A stretch of DNA of 64,000 nt, from NCBI GenBank assembly GCA_963758515.1, contig CAVWVO010000001.1, positions 201,511 through 265,510 of the forward strand, read 5' to 3'. Every line of letters starts with the position of its first letter. The first letter of the stretch is position 1. Shown in pieces: positions 53,075-64,000 of the stretch. The notes under the pieces were generated by a model. It was not told where the DNA came from. It saw nothing but the letters and a program-made list of their open reading frames with translations, and searched no databases. The stretch is from an uncultured Actinomycetota bacterium. Lineage in GTDB: Bacteria; Actinomycetota; Acidimicrobiia; Acidimicrobiales; Bog-793. The position numbers and the translations under genes were made by a program.

Positions 53075-53983
53075 GCAGCGGCCCTTTCGGCCCTCCCGGC
53101 CAGCCACCTCTGCCTCCCGGGGCACCGGGCCCGCCACCTCCTCCCGGGGGTTCCACGGTCCCCCCTTCTCGTCCGGCCAATCCGGTCCGTCGACACCGCC
53201 AGGCTCACGGGGGGGCCGGCCACGACGCGGCGGCCTCCTCCGCTACCACACGCCGAACGTCCTCATCGCCCTAGCAGTGCTCGCCATCCTCGGCGTCGTC
53301 CTCGCCGAAGGCGGTCCGCCGCGGCTACATCCACAGCGACACGGTGATCTTCCTGGCATGCTTCGTGCCTTCGGTCATCTGCCACGAGGTGAGCCACGGC
53401 GTCGATGGCGCTCTGGTGCGGGGACGACACGGCGAAGCGTGCCGGGCGCCTCACGCTCAACCCGATCAAGCACATCGACCCGGTCGGCTCGATCATCGTG
53501 CCACTCGTGTTCGCTCTCTCCGGGCTGCCGGCCTTCGGTTGGGCAAAGCCCGTCCCGGTCTCGATCAACAACCTCCGCCACCCGCGCAATCAGGCGGTGC
53601 TCGTCGGCCTCGTCGGGCCCTGCGACGAACATCGCTCTTGCCGCCATCGGCGGCCTCGTCTTCCACCTCACCGCATCGTTCAGCGTGATCAACGGCATCG
53701 CTCTACGGGGCGCCGCTGCCGTCCCAGCCATTGCTCGCCCAGATCGCCTTCGACTTCGGCGATCGTCAACATCATCCTCGCCGTTTTCAACCTGATCCCG
53801 ATCCCGCCCCTCGACGGCTCCGCTTTGGTGGAGCGCCTCTTGCCGGCGGCGGTGCTGCCGCAGTACTACCGGATGCGGTTCGGCTTCATGATCATCGTGC
53901 TCGGGCTCGTGCTCTTCGACCAGAGCCTGCTTCAGCGCCTGTTCTGCGACGTCGAGAACTGGTTCGTGACGCTCTCGGCCTGA
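53071..53983 (+). pseudogene. Site-2 protease family (peptidase M50) membrane protein, at least 5 frame breaks
   Basis: Pieces lie in all three frames: VLAILGVVLAEGG; VIFLACFVPSVICHEVSHGV (HExxH); ALWCGDDTAKRAGRLTLNPIKHIDPVGSIIVPL...FGWAKPVPVSINNLRHPRNQAVLVGLVGP; ATNIALAAIGGLVFHL; LLAQIAFDFG; IVNIILAVFNLIPIPPLDGSALVERLLP. The possible start TTG 53071 (TTGA overlap with the previous stop) would add a Pro-rich N-terminus. The conservative start is GTG 53277. Confidence 0.6.
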
Positions 53984-54000
53984 GCCGGCTGCGTCGGCGC

Positions 54001-54995
<995 letters not shown>

Positions 54996-55109
54996 TCAAT
55001 GATACTGGCGGGTCCTGGCGCCGACCCGGAGCATCCCCGGAGACGCTGCCGGCCTCGACCGGAGGACCATCCCCGGCTCGCGGCCGGTGTCGGCGGTAGC
55101 CTCGCCGCG

Positions 55110-55897
55110 ATGCCCTACGAGGTCCGGACCGACGTCTTCGAGGGGCCCTTCGACGTGCTCCTGAGGCTGATCACCGAGCAGCGGGTCGACCTCTACGAGG
55201 TCCGGCTGAGCGACATCGTAGACAGCTTCCTCGCCGAGATCACAGCAGCTCGAGAAGGTCGATCTCGAGGTGGCGACCGAGTTCCTCCTCATCGCGGCGA
55301 TCCTCGTCGAGCTGAAGAGCCGCCGGCTGCTGCCCGCAGCGCGACTGCCGACGTGAGCGAGCAAGACCTCGCCCTGCTCGAGGAGCGGGACTACCTGTTG
55401 GCACGCCTCGTCGAGTGCACGGCTTTCTCGGCAGCCGGCAGGCGACTGGCCGAGCTCGAGGCAGCAGCAGGACGCTCCGTGCCGAGACTGGCCGGTCCGG
55501 ACGAGCGCTTCGAGTCCATCGCGCCCGACCTGCTTTCGGGTGTCACACCCGAAGCGCTCAGCGAAGCCGCCGTCAGCGAGCGCTGGCCGAACGGCCGAAG
55601 CCGGTCGTCGACATGGAACACGTGCTCGTCGACGAGGTGACCGTCGCCGACGTCGTCGAGCGGCTCGCCGCCGTGCTGCCGGGCATCGGCCCGATCACGT
55701 TTCGCAAGCTGACGGAGAACGCCCGGCACCGCATCGAGGCGGTTGTCCACTTCCTCGCCCTCCTCGAGCTGTACAAGCAGGAGCTCGTCGAGCTGGACCA
55801 GGCCGTCACCTTCGGCGACCTTGTCGTCACCTGGGTGTCCTCGCCGGACGGGGCGGGGGCGAGAGGTGCGCTCGCTGACGCCGACTACCGGGGCTGA
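55110..55897 (+). pseudogene. scpA: Segregation and condensation protein A, 3 frame breaks (~55243, ~55340, ~55585)
   Basis: MPYEVRTDVFEGPFDVLLRLITEQRVDLYEVRLSDIVDSFLAEI; QLEKVDLEVATEFLLIAAILVELKSRRLLP; ...LLEERDYLLARLVE...; ...ERPKPVVDMEHVLVDEVTVADVVERL...AVVHFLALLELYKQELVELDQ (track ORF 55415..55897). Confidence 0.8.
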
Positions 55898-55955
55898 GAC
55901 GAGTTGGCCGTGACACCGCCGCCGCACGCTGCCGGCCGCGACGGAGGGACGTCGG

Positions 55956-56531
55956 GTGAGCCCGACCCCGTCGACCGAGGCGGCGATCGAGGCGGTCCTC
56001 GTCGTGGCTGTCGAGCCGGTGCCGCCCGGCCTCCTGGCCGAGCTGCTCGAGATGCCCGTCGACACGGTCGAGGCGTACTGCAGGCAGCTCCAGAGCAGTA
56101 CGAGCATGACGAGCGGGGCTTCCGCCTCGCCCGGGTCGCCGGCGGCTACCGGCTGCAGAGCCACGAGACGTGCTCTGAATACGTCGAGCGCTTCGTGCTC
56201 GACGGCGCGCCGACGAAGCTCTCCCCGGCGGCGCTCGAGACGCTTGCCGTCATCGCCTACAAGCAACCGGTCTCCCGCTCACAGATCAAGCGCCATCCGG
56301 GGTGTCAACGCCGACGGCGTGCTGCGCCTTCTCACGGCTCGGGGGTACGTTCAGGCGATCGGCCGGGACAGCGGCCCAGGGCAGCCTGTGCTGTTCGGGA
56401 CGACGGAGCTGTTTCTCGAACGGCTCGGCCTGGACTCCCTCGCCGAGCTGCCGGCGCTCGCCGGCTTTGTCCCGCCTGCCTCGACGGTCGAGATGCTCGA
56501 GACCGCTCTTCGGCCCGAACCGGAGGGATGA
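55956..56531 (+). pseudogene. scpB: Segregation and condensation protein B, 2 frame breaks (~56095, ~56290)
   Basis: [27 protein letters not shown]...; middle in the 55904 frame: [28 protein letters not shown]...[24 protein letters not shown]; then [20 protein letters not shown]...[20 protein letters not shown]. Confidence 0.8.
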
Positions 56532-57272
56532 CGGCCGAGCCTGCCGACAGGGCGGCAGCCGAAGGCGAGCGCCTCCAGAAGGTGCTCGCGCGGGCGGGCT
56601 TCGGCAGCCGGCGTGCCTGCGAGGAGCTGATCGCGTCGGGGCGTGTGACCGTCAACGGCTCAGTGGCGCCTCTCGGGCGACGGGTGGCCGTGGAGAAGGA
56701 CGCGATCAGCCGTGGACGGGGTCCCAGTCGGCGTGCTGCCCGGGCTCGTCTACTACGTGCTGAACAAGCCGGCGGGTGTCGTCACGACGGCATCGGACCC
56801 GGAGGGGCGACCCGCCGTCGTCGACCTCGTGCCGCCGGAGCCCCGGGTGTTCGCCGTCGGGCGGCTCGACGCCGGCACCGAGGGCCTCCTGCTGCTCACG
56901 AACGACGGTGAGCTCGCCCAGCTACTGGCGCACCCGAGCCACGGCGTCGAGAAGGAGTACCTCGCCGAGGTCGCGGGAGTCCCGTCCGCCGGCGCGATCC
57001 GGCGGCTCCGGGAGGGTGTCGAGCTTGCCGACGGCATGACCTCGCCGGCCAAGGTCTCGGCTGTGGCGCCGGGAGTGCTCCGGATCACCATCCACGAAGG
57101 AAGAAACCGCCAGGTGCGCCGGATGTGCGAAGCCGTCGGGCACCCTGTCCTGCGGCTCGTGCGGACGCGGATCGGCCCGCTCAGCGATCGTCGCCTCGCC
57201 CCGGGGCAATGGAGAGAGCTCTCCGTCGAGGAGGTGCGGGCGCTCGCCCGATCGGGCACTGTCTCTCAGTAG
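56528..57272 (+). CDS. rluB: Pseudouridine synthase (RluB/RsuA family); frame break near 56711
   Basis: ATG 56528 (ATGA overlap with scpB). S4 domain [31 protein letters not shown], then track ORF 56712..57272: [13 protein letters not shown]...[18 protein letters not shown]...KEY...[10 protein letters not shown]. Confidence 0.85.
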
Positions 57273-57375
57273 CGAGGCTTTTCGTCATCGGTCTGCGGCG
57301 GCTCCCCGAGCGGGAAGTGCGGCCCGCCGAGACGCTCGGTCTCCTCGGGGGCCCGGCTCGATAGGCTGCGCGGCC

Positions 57376-57744
57376 ATGCCGGCGGCTCTGCGAGCACTGC
57401 GTGGCGCGACCACCGTGGACGAGGACACTGCGGCGCACGTGACCGCCCGCGTGCAGGCACTCGTCCAGACGATGCTGGAGCGAAACGGCGTCGACCACGA
57501 CGACCTCGTCTCGATCCTGTTCACGGCGACCGACGACATCGTCTCGGTCTTCCCGGCGACGGCCGCCCGTGCGACGGGCCTCGGCGACGTGCCGCTCATC
57601 TGCGCGAAGGAGCTGTCCATCGCCGGCTCGGAGCCGATGTGCATCCGGGTGCTCATGCATCTCTACACCGAGAGGGAGCGAAACGAGCTCCACCACGTCT
57701 ACCTCGAGCGCGCCCGGGGCCTGCGTGACGATCTGCCCGCATGA
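57376..57744 (+). CDS. aroH: Chorismate mutase, AroH class
   Basis: LRALRGATTVDEDT...LVSILFTATDDIVSVFPA.AAR...CIRVLMHLYT......HHVYLERARGLRDDL parallels B. subtilis AroH (IRGIRGATTV...LLSATPDLHAVFPAKAVR...CIRVMMTVQT...HVYLEK...LRPDL). Confidence 0.8.
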   Translation: MPAALRALRGATTVDEDTAAHVTARVQALVQTMLERNGVDHDDLVSILFTATDDIVSVFPATAARATGLGDVPLICAKELSIAGSEPMCIRVLMHLYTERERNELHHVYLERARGLRDDLPA

Positions 57745-58837
57745 GCAGTACCGGTGCAGTGCTCAGCCGACGCGCCCAGGTGATCGGGCTGGGGCTTGTC
57801 GGCGCGTCGATCGGGAGTGGGCTTCGCACACGCGGCTGGCACGTGACGGGGACGGACAGGGACGAGGAACGGGCGTTGCGGGCACACCAGCTGGGGATGG
57901 TCGACGGGCTCGGCCACGACCCGGATGCCGAGCTCGCCTTCGTGGCGACGCCGGCCTCCTCGGTAGTCGGCGTGGTCGAGGATCTGCTGCAAGGCGGCCC
58001 GATGGGCCCGTCGTGACCGACGTCGCAGGAGTGAAGGGCCCGATCACGGCAGCGATCGACGACCCTCGTTTCGTGGCCGGCCACCCGATGGCCGGCTCGG
58101 AGCAGGAGGGCCCTGAGGGGGCCGACCCCGACCTCTTCGTCGGCGCCACTTGGGTGCTCGCCCCGGGCGCCCGCACGGACCCGGGCGCCTTCACGCTCGT
58201 CCAGTCGGTCGTCGCCCTGCTCGGCGCCGACGTCGTCGCCCTCAGTGCCGAGCGGCACGACGAGCTCGTCGCGCTCGTCTCGCACGTGCCCCACCTCACT
58301 GCGGCGACACTGATGAGCCTGGCCGGCGAGTCGCCCCTTGACCATGCGGCGCTGATGCGTCTGGCGGCGGGCGGGTTCCGTGACATGACCCGAATCGCCG
58401 CCGGGTCCGCCACCATCTGGCCGGACATATGCGCGGACAACGCCGGCGCGATCGTTCCGGCCCTCGACCGGCTGATCGGGCGCCTGAGCGATGTCCGCCG
58501 CCTCGTGTCGGCCGGCGATCGGCCGTCGCTCGAGCGCTTCCTCGAGGGGGCAAGAGCAGCCCGGCGTAACCTTCCCCCTCGTGGACCGCGCCCGGCAGAG
58601 GTCTCCGAGCTGCGCGTGCTCGTCCCCGATCGGCCCGGGGTGCTCGCCGAGGTGACGACGGTGGCCGGGGAGCTCGGTGCCAACATCTTCGACCTCGAGA
58701 TCGCCCACTCGGCCGAGGGCCCCCGCGGGGTTCTCGTCCTCGTCGTCGACGCCGAGGCCGCGAGCGCCGTCATCGACGCGCTGCGGGGCCGCGGGTACCG
58801 CGTCGCCTCGGCGGAGCCGGGGGGCCGGACGGGATGA
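57741..58837 (+). CDS. tyrA: Prephenate dehydrogenase with C-terminal ACT domain; frame break near 57990-58010
   Basis: ATG 57741 (ATGA overlap with aroH): VIGLGLVGASIG (GxGxxG), then the 57569..58837 frame: VVTDVAGVKGPI...FVAGHPMAGSE...SHVPHL...; ACT-like ...ELRVLVPDRPGVLAEVTTVAGELGANIFDLEI. Confidence 0.8.
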
Positions 58838-59637
58838 GCTGTGGCGACGCCAGTACGGTGACAGGCGGCACGGACGGAGCCGGTGGCGACCGCTCGACGG
58901 CAGCCGGCCGCCAGGTCATAGCCATCGACGGGCCGGCCGGGTCCGGGAAGTCGACGATTGCCCGGGCCGTCGCCGATCGGCTGGAGCTCGCCCGCCTCGA
59001 CACGGGGGCGATGTACCGGGCCGTCACATTGCTCGCTCTTCGCCGGGACGTCGATCCGGCGGACGAGGAGGCCACTTCGGCCCTCGCCCGGGGGATGGAT
59101 CTGCAGCTCGGGGAAGAGGGAGGCCCGGGTGGAGGCGACGACGTGAGGCTCGATGGGGAGGACGTCTCAGAGGCGATCCGCTCACCGGCTGTCGATGCCG
59201 CCGTCTCGGTCGTGGCTGCGCATCCGGCCGTCCGCCGCCTGCTCGTCGAGAGCCAGCGGGCCTGGGCGCTTGCGCACGGCGGGGGCGTCGTCGAGGGGCG
59301 TGACATCGGTAGCGTCGTCTTCCCCGACGCCCGGCTCAAGGTCTACCTGACGGCATCGCCGGACGAGCGAGCCCGGCGGCGGATGGAGCAGGCCGCCCGC
59401 CTGACGAGGGGGGTGCCCCGGCCGGTGAAGGGGAGCAACGCCCTCCCCGGTGATGCCACCGGGGACAGACCCGAGGAAGAAAAGGCTGAGACTGTTGGTG
59501 GCGTGCTTCACCGGCGCGACCACCTCGACTCGACACGGGCGAATTCACCGCTCGTGGTCGCCGGCGGCGCCGTCGTCGTCGACTCGACCGGACGGACGAT
59601 CGAGGAGGTCGTGGAGGAGGTGCTCTCCCACCTATGA
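58834..59637 (+). CDS. cmk: Cytidylate kinase
   Basis: ...VIAIDGPAGSGKSTIARAVA..L....LDTGAMYRAVT...VVEGRDIGSVVFPDA..KVYLTASP.ERARRR. Confidence 0.9.
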   Translation: MSCGDASTVTGGTDGAGGDRSTAAGRQVIAIDGPAGSGKSTIARAVADRLELARLDTGAMYRAVTLLALRRDVDPADEEATSALARGMDLQLGEEGGPGGGDDVRLDGEDVSEAIRSPAVDAAVSVVAAHPAVRRLLVESQRAWALAHGGGVVEGRDIGSVVFPDARLKVYLTASPDERARRRMEQAARLTRGVPRPVKGSNALPGDATGDRPEEEKAETVGGVLHRRDHLDSTRANSPLVVAGGAVVVDSTGRTIEEVVEEVLSHL

Positions 59638-60360
59638 GAAGCCCGGACGAGGTCCCGTCCCCGCCGACCCGGCGGGCGCTCTTGTTCTATCGCGTGTGCA
59701 GGCTGATCGTCGTCGGGCTCTCGCAGGCCATCTTTCCCGGTCCGGTCCTCGGCCGCGAGAACCTGCCGGCAGAAGGGCCGTACATCCTTGCGCCGGTGCA
59801 CCGCTCGTACCTCGACTGGCTGATCGTCGCCCGCGTGACGTCACGAAGGATGCGCTACATCGCCAAGGCGGAGCTGTGGAAGGTGGGACCGGTCGGCCAG
59901 CTGCTCGGGGCCCTCGGTGCGTTCCCTGTCAACCGGTCGGGCGCCGACCGGGAAGCCCTCGAGCGGTGCCGGGCCGTGCTCGCCGGCGGTGAGCCTCTCG
60001 TGATGTTCCCCGAGGGCACCAGGCGGACGCGGGCCTGTGGTCGAGGATCTCCGGGAGGGCGTCGCCTACCTCGCGATGCGCGCCGGCGTGCCCGTCGTAC
60101 CGGTGGGCATCGGCGGGAGTGAACGGGCGATGCCCCGCGGCTCTGTGCTTCCACGCCCTCGCCGGGTCGACGTCGTCGTGGGCAAGCCTGTCGTCCCGCC
60201 CGCCCCCGGCGGGGCCGCCCGAGACGGGGTGACGGAGAGCGAGGGGTCAAGAGGCCGGACGGTCCGGGTCTCGCGGCGGGCGCTCCACGACTTCTCCGGT
60301 GAAGTGGGAGCGGCGATCCAGGCCGTCTTCGATCAAGCCGAGGCCCGGCTCCGGAAGTAA
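59634..60360 (+). CDS. plsC: 1-acyl-sn-glycerol-3-phosphate acyltransferase; frame break near 60025-60035
   Basis: ...ILAPVHRSYLDWLI (HX4D)...LVMFPEGTRR (track ORF 59634..60122), then PVVEDLREGVAYLAMRAGVPVVPVGIGGSE (track ORF 60037..60360). Confidence 0.8.
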
Positions 60361-60390
60361 CTGTACCGTCTGGACGGTACAGTAGAGGGC

Positions 60391-60990
60391 ATGGCACGAC
60401 CGACGGAGACGCGCAGCCGCATCGTCTGTGCCGCCGAGGAAGTCGTGATCAGAGACGGCGTCGCCAAGCTGACACTCGATGCCGCCGCCCACGAGGCCGG
60501 CGTCAGCAAGGGGGGTGTCCTCTACCACTTCCCGACCCGGGCGGCGCTCGTGGCGGCGATGGTGGAGCGGTTCGTCGTCAGCTTCGACGCCGACCTCGCC
60601 CGGCGCGGCTGTGCCGGTGGCCGGCCGGGGGACTTCGTCCGAGCCTACATAGACGCGACGGTGTCTCCGTCTCTCGAGCCGGGAGATCCGCGCGAGCAGC
60701 ACCTCGGCGCCGCCCTGCTCGCCGGCGTTGCTTCGGACCCGGACCTGCTCGAGCCGCTGCGGGCTCGTTTTGCCTCCTGGCAGGCCTCGATCGAGGCAGA
60801 CGGGATCGACCAGGTCGTCGGCACGGTCATCCGGCTCGCCTGCGACGGCATGTGGCTGAGCGACCTGTTCGGGCTGGCCCCCGTCGCCGGCCGGCTGCGG
60901 ACCGAGGCGGGAGCCGACCTTCGCAGGCTCGTCGACCGCTCGGCCGCCGACGCCTCTTCCTTGGCGCCGCCGGCGACGAGCGCCGCCAGG
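60391..60990 (+). CDS. TetR-family transcriptional regulator (no stop codon before the following MFS gene in this assembly)
   Basis: N-terminal HTH: RIVCAAEEVVIRDGVAKLTLDAAAHEAGVSKGGVLYHFPTRAALV. The ligand domain extends to ~aa 195. The end coordinate is nominal because the frame stays open to 62358. Confidence 0.65.
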
Positions 60991-61092
60991 AGCCGGCCAA
61001 CCGGAAGGCTCGCGCCCTGCCAGCCGGTCAGCCGGGCGCCGCCGCCAGCCGGAGAAGGACACCCACCCCACGAAGCACCCGCGGGCAAGATC

Positions 61093-62358
61093 ATGAGAAT
61101 GATCGCGAGGCGCCGCCTGGCGCCCGCAGATCCGGTTGGCGACCGCCGTGTGCGCCGCGTCGTCGCCGCCTTGTCGATCAGCGCCTTCGCCGAGTGGGGG
61201 GGTGCGAGTGTCGTCCTTCCCCTCCTCCCCGTCTACCTCCGCCACGAGGGGTCATCGGTCGCGCTCGTCGGGTTGACGATGGCGGCCTTCTTCGGGGCGG
61301 CGCTCATCGTGCAGTACCCGCTCGGCAGGTTGTCGGACCGGATCGGCCGGCGCCAGATCCAGGTCGTCGGACTGGCCGTGTTCGCCGCTGCAAGCCTGCT
61401 GTTCGCCTTTGCCACGAGCCCCGCGCTGGCGCTTCTATTCCGGGCCCTCCAGGGTGCGGGGGCGGGGAGCGTCGACGTCGCCAACGCCGCCACGATCGGC
61501 GACGTCGTCCCGGCGAGCCACCGGGGGCGCGCCTTCGGCACGTTCTACGGGGCGCGCACGGTGGCGATGGCCGTCGGCCCGTTCTTCGGGGGCCTCGTCG
61601 GGATCTCCGGGATGCGGTGGCTCTTCCTCGCGTCTGCTGCCTGCGCTGCCGCCGCCATCGCGCCGATCGTGTTGCTGATCCCGAAGCGAGCCGTCCACCG
61701 CCCCGTGCCCCGGTCCGAGAGGACCGTGCTCTGGCGCAACCGCTCCATCGTGGGCGTGATGATGGCCTTCATCGCCGGCGGCCTCATCATCGGCGTCTAC
61801 GAGGTCTGCTGGAGCCTGCTGCTGGCGTTCCGTGGGGCGACATCCTGGCAGATAGGGCTGTCATGGACGCTCTTCGCCCTGCCGTTCGGCATCGTCTCGT
61901 TCCCCGCCGGCTGGCTCGTCGACCACTTCGACCGGCGCTACCTGATAGTGATGGCGATGGTCGGAGCGGCTGGCTTCGCGGCGACGTACCCCTTCGTCCA
62001 CAGCGTCGCCTGGCTGCTCGGCCTCGGAGCCGCCGAGGCAGTTCTCGTCGCGATCGGGATGCCGGCCGAAGCCAGCCAGCTCGCCCACTCGGTTCCGAGC
62101 CACGACCTCGGTCGGGCGCAGGGAGCCGCCGCCACCGCCCAGACGGCGGCGACAGGCGTCGCCGCCCTCGTCGCCGGCAGCCTGTTCGGCATACACCCGT
62201 GGCTGCCCTTTGCCGGGGCCTCGGCCGTCATCGTCCTCTGCTCCGCGTCGCTCAGGCCATTGTGGCGCGGCGTTCCCGGGCGCAACCGGCCGCGGGCGCC
62301 GGCAGAGCCGGCAGAGGTCGTCCGAGCCGCCACCGCCGGCGGTCCGCCGCCCCTCTGA
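61093..62358 (+). CDS. MFS transporter
   Basis: ATG 61093, in frame within track ORF 60391..62358. 12 hydrophobic segments and motif A: YPLGRLSDRIGRR. Confidence 0.75.
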   Translation: MRMIARRRLAPADPVGDRRVRRVVAALSISAFAEWGGASVVLPLLPVYLRHEGSSVALVGLTMAAFFGAALIVQYPLGRLSDRIGRRQIQVVGLAVFAAASLLFAFATSPALALLFRALQGAGAGSVDVANAATIGDVVPASHRGRAFGTFYGARTVAMAVGPFFGGLVGISGMRWLFLASAACAAAAIAPIVLLIPKRAVHRPVPRSERTVLWRNRSIVGVMMAFIAGGLIIGVYEVCWSLLLAFRGATSWQIGLSWTLFALPFGIVSFPAGWLVDHFDRRYLIVMAMVGAAGFAATYPFVHSVAWLLGLGAAEAVLVAIGMPAEASQLAHSVPSHDLGRAQGAAATAQTAATGVAALVAGSLFGIHPWLPFAGASAVIVLCSASLRPLWRGVPGRNRPRAPAEPAEVVRAATAGGPPPL

Positions 62359-62461
62359 GCCCGTCGCCCGGGATCCCCAGGCGGCGGTCGCTGCGGGCAC
62401 ATCCGGCTCCCCGCAGAGCCGGCCTGTGGCCGGCCGGCACGGCGGAGAAGATACGAGACGC

Positions 62462-63544
62462 TCAGCCAGTCCGCTCGAGCAGCTTGCCGCTCTCCGGCGG
62501 CGGCCGGAGCACGTCGGCGGCCGACACCGCCCGATCCTCCGCACCAGGTCCCTCCCCGCCGGCGGGCGCACCGAGGGCGAAGACCGCCGCTGCCCCGACC
62601 GCCCGCAGGAGGTCGCGCAGCTCCGGCGGCGGCGGGAAGTACTCGTCTTCTTCGGTGACGTGGACGAGCTCGACGCCGTCCGCCGGCTCGAGCCGCTCGA
62701 CGATCTCCCGCACGAGCCACTCGGGCGCCGAGGCGCCGGCGGTGACGCCGACGACGCCGGCCAGGTCGTCGGGGAGCTCGCTGGCGGCGTTCACGCGCAT
62801 GACGCGCCGGCAGCCGGCCGCTTCGGCCACCCGGACGAGAGAGACGGTGTTGGACGAGTTCGCCGATCCGATGACGACGACGGCATCACAGCCGGGAGCG
62901 AGCGCCCGCATGGCGGCCTGGCGGTTCGTCGTGGCGTAGCAGAGGTCGGAGCGCCCCGGCATCCACAGGTCGGGAAAATGCTCGCGGGCGGCATCGACGA
63001 GGCCGGCCCACTCGTCATGGGGGAGCGTCGTCTGGGCGAGGAGGGCCACCGGGGCGCCGGCGGGAAGCTCAGATGCCGCCGCCAGCACATCCTCCTCGTG
63101 CTGGACGAGGCGGACCGACGTCGGGGCGACGGCCATCGTGCCGACGGCCTCCTCATGATTCTCGTGGCCGACGTAGAGGACGGTGTAGCCCTTCCGGGCA
63201 CGGACCTTCATCTCGTGGTGGACCTTCGTCACGAGCGGGCAGCAGGCGTCGACGACGACGCGCCCGTGCTCGGCGGCGGCGGCCTCGACGGCGGGCGCCG
63301 AGCCATGGGCGGACAGCATGAGGGGCGCCCCGGGCGGCACCGTCGTGACGTCGTCGACGAAGATGACGCCCTGGCGCTCGAACTCCTCCACGACGATGCG
63401 GTTGTGGACGATCTCGTGGTAGCAGTACACGGGCGGCTCGAAGACGCGCACCATCCAGGCGAGGGCCTTGATCGCCATCTCGACCCCCGCACAGAAACCC
63501 CGCGGCTCGGCCAGCCGGACCCGCTCTACCTGCACCGCAGCCAC
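62462..63544 (-). CDS. ispH: 4-hydroxy-3-methylbut-2-enyl diphosphate reductase
   Basis: From GTG 63544 in track ORF 62462..63856: VAAVQVERVRLAEPRGFCAGVEMAI...YHEIVHN...LSAHGSAP...DACCPLVTKVH.E...GH.NHEE..G...ATTNRQ...VIGSANSSNT. The upstream 100 codons of the track ORF are noise overlapping the next gene. Confidence 0.9.
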   Translation of the reverse strand: MAAVQVERVRLAEPRGFCAGVEMAIKALAWMVRVFEPPVYCYHEIVHNRIVVEEFERQGVIFVDDVTTVPPGAPLMLSAHGSAPAVEAAAAEHGRVVVDACCPLVTKVHHEMKVRARKGYTVLYVGHENHEEAVGTMAVAPTSVRLVQHEEDVLAAASELPAGAPVALLAQTTLPHDEWAGLVDAAREHFPDLWMPGRSDLCYATTNRQAAMRALAPGCDAVVVIGSANSSNTVSLVRVAEAAGCRRVMRVNAASELPDDLAGVVGVTAGASAPEWLVREIVERLEPADGVELVHVTEEDEYFPPPPELRDLLRAVGAAAVFALGAPAGGEGPGAEDRAVSAADVLRPPPESGKLLERTG

Positions 63545-63568
63545 GCTACCCGGCGGTAGCCTTGCCGT

Positions 63569-64000
63569 ATGCCACTGCCCCGTGTGGTGGCCGTGGCCGC
63601 AACGTCGCCGGCATCGCGTGCCGGTCTGCTGCCGGGCGACGAGATCCGCTCGATGAACGGCCAGGTGCCCCGCGACATCATCGAGTACCAGCTCATCGCC
63701 GACGAAGCCACTCGTCGACCTCGACGTCGCGCGGGGCGGCCTCGAGGTGACGCTCTCGGTCGAGAAGGCGGCCGGCGAGCCGCTCGGGGCCGAGATCGCC
63801 TCGGCGCTGTTCGACCAGGTGCGCACGTGCGACAACCACTGCGAGTTCTGCTTCATCTACCAGCTGCCGAAAGGGATGCGGAAGAGCCTCTACATGAAGG
63901 ACGACGACTACCGGCTGTCGTTCCTCTACGGGAACTTCACCACGCTCACCCGCTTCACCGAGGCCGACCTCGAGCGGGTCGTGACCGAGCGGCTGTCGCC
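63569..64000 (+). CDS. PDZ + radical-SAM (DUF512 family) protein, 3' end off window; frame break near 63705-63712
   Basis: Not in the track because it runs off the edge. ATG 63569: MPLPRVVAVAATSPASRAGLLPGDEIRSMNGQVPRDIIEYQLIADEA (PDZ-like), then one frame over LVDLDVARGGLEVTLSVEKAAGEPLGAEIASALFDQVRTCDNHCEFCFIYQLPKGMRKSLYMKDDDYRLSFLYGNFTTLT (CxxxCxxC). Confidence 0.75.
   Translation, partial: MPLPRVVAVAATSPASRAGLLPGDEIRSMNGQVPRDIIEYQLIADEATRRPRRRAGRPRGDALGREGGRRAARGRDRLGAVRPGAHVRQPLRVLLHLPAAERDAEEPLHEGRRLPAVVPLRELHHAHPLHRGRPRAGRDRAAVA

Overview
High-GC (roughly 70% by eye) actinobacterial-type chromosome segment. It carries the mycothiol gene mshD and has Mycobacterium-like synteny; the 16S looks Acidimicrobiia-like, which is my inference and was not searched. 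Most of the window is housekeeping genes: speB, ppm1, menF-menG, hisD, nth, mshD, rlmN, trpE, trpC-F-B-A, argC-B-D-R-G-H, mpg, ychF, fbaB, korAB, nadK-recN, pyrG, a NUDIX gene, xerD, scpA-scpB-rluB, aroH-tyrA-cmk-plsC, a TetR/MFS pair, ispH and a DUF512 radical-SAM gene. The centre holds one complete 16S-23S-5S rRNA operon, with no tRNA in the spacer.

The standout observation is that the 23S rRNA gene is interrupted by three group I introns.
- Two sequence-related introns sit only 12 nt apart inside helix 69, after U1911 and U1923 (E. coli numbering). The first carries an I-CeuI-like LAGLIDADG homing-endonuclease ORF; the second has no ORF.
- A third intron sits at the classical L2593 site and carries an I-CreI-like LAGLIDADG gene.
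- Each insert follows a U, ends in G, has a guide sequence pairing with its 5' exon, and shows Q/R/S-like core elements.

The second theme is frame breaks. About 40 apparent single-nucleotide frame breaks, often in homopolymer runs, split otherwise well-conserved essential genes (trpS, recN, argH, trpA/B/C, hisD, scpA/B and others). I read most of these as assembly indels rather than biology, but this needs read-level confirmation.

Smaller points:
- Truncated hisC and hisI remnants lie next to an intact-looking hisD and trpE.
- A 34/36-nt tandem duplication covers the trpE start.
- A basic Ala/Lys/Gly-rich repeat tail follows a phasin-like gene.
- A TetR-MFS pair reads as one continuous ORF.

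No CRISPR array, transposase, prophage or obvious defence locus was seen. All coordinates were derived by hand and may be off by a few nt. Two edge genes (speB, DUF512) are absent from the supplied ORF track because they run off the window.
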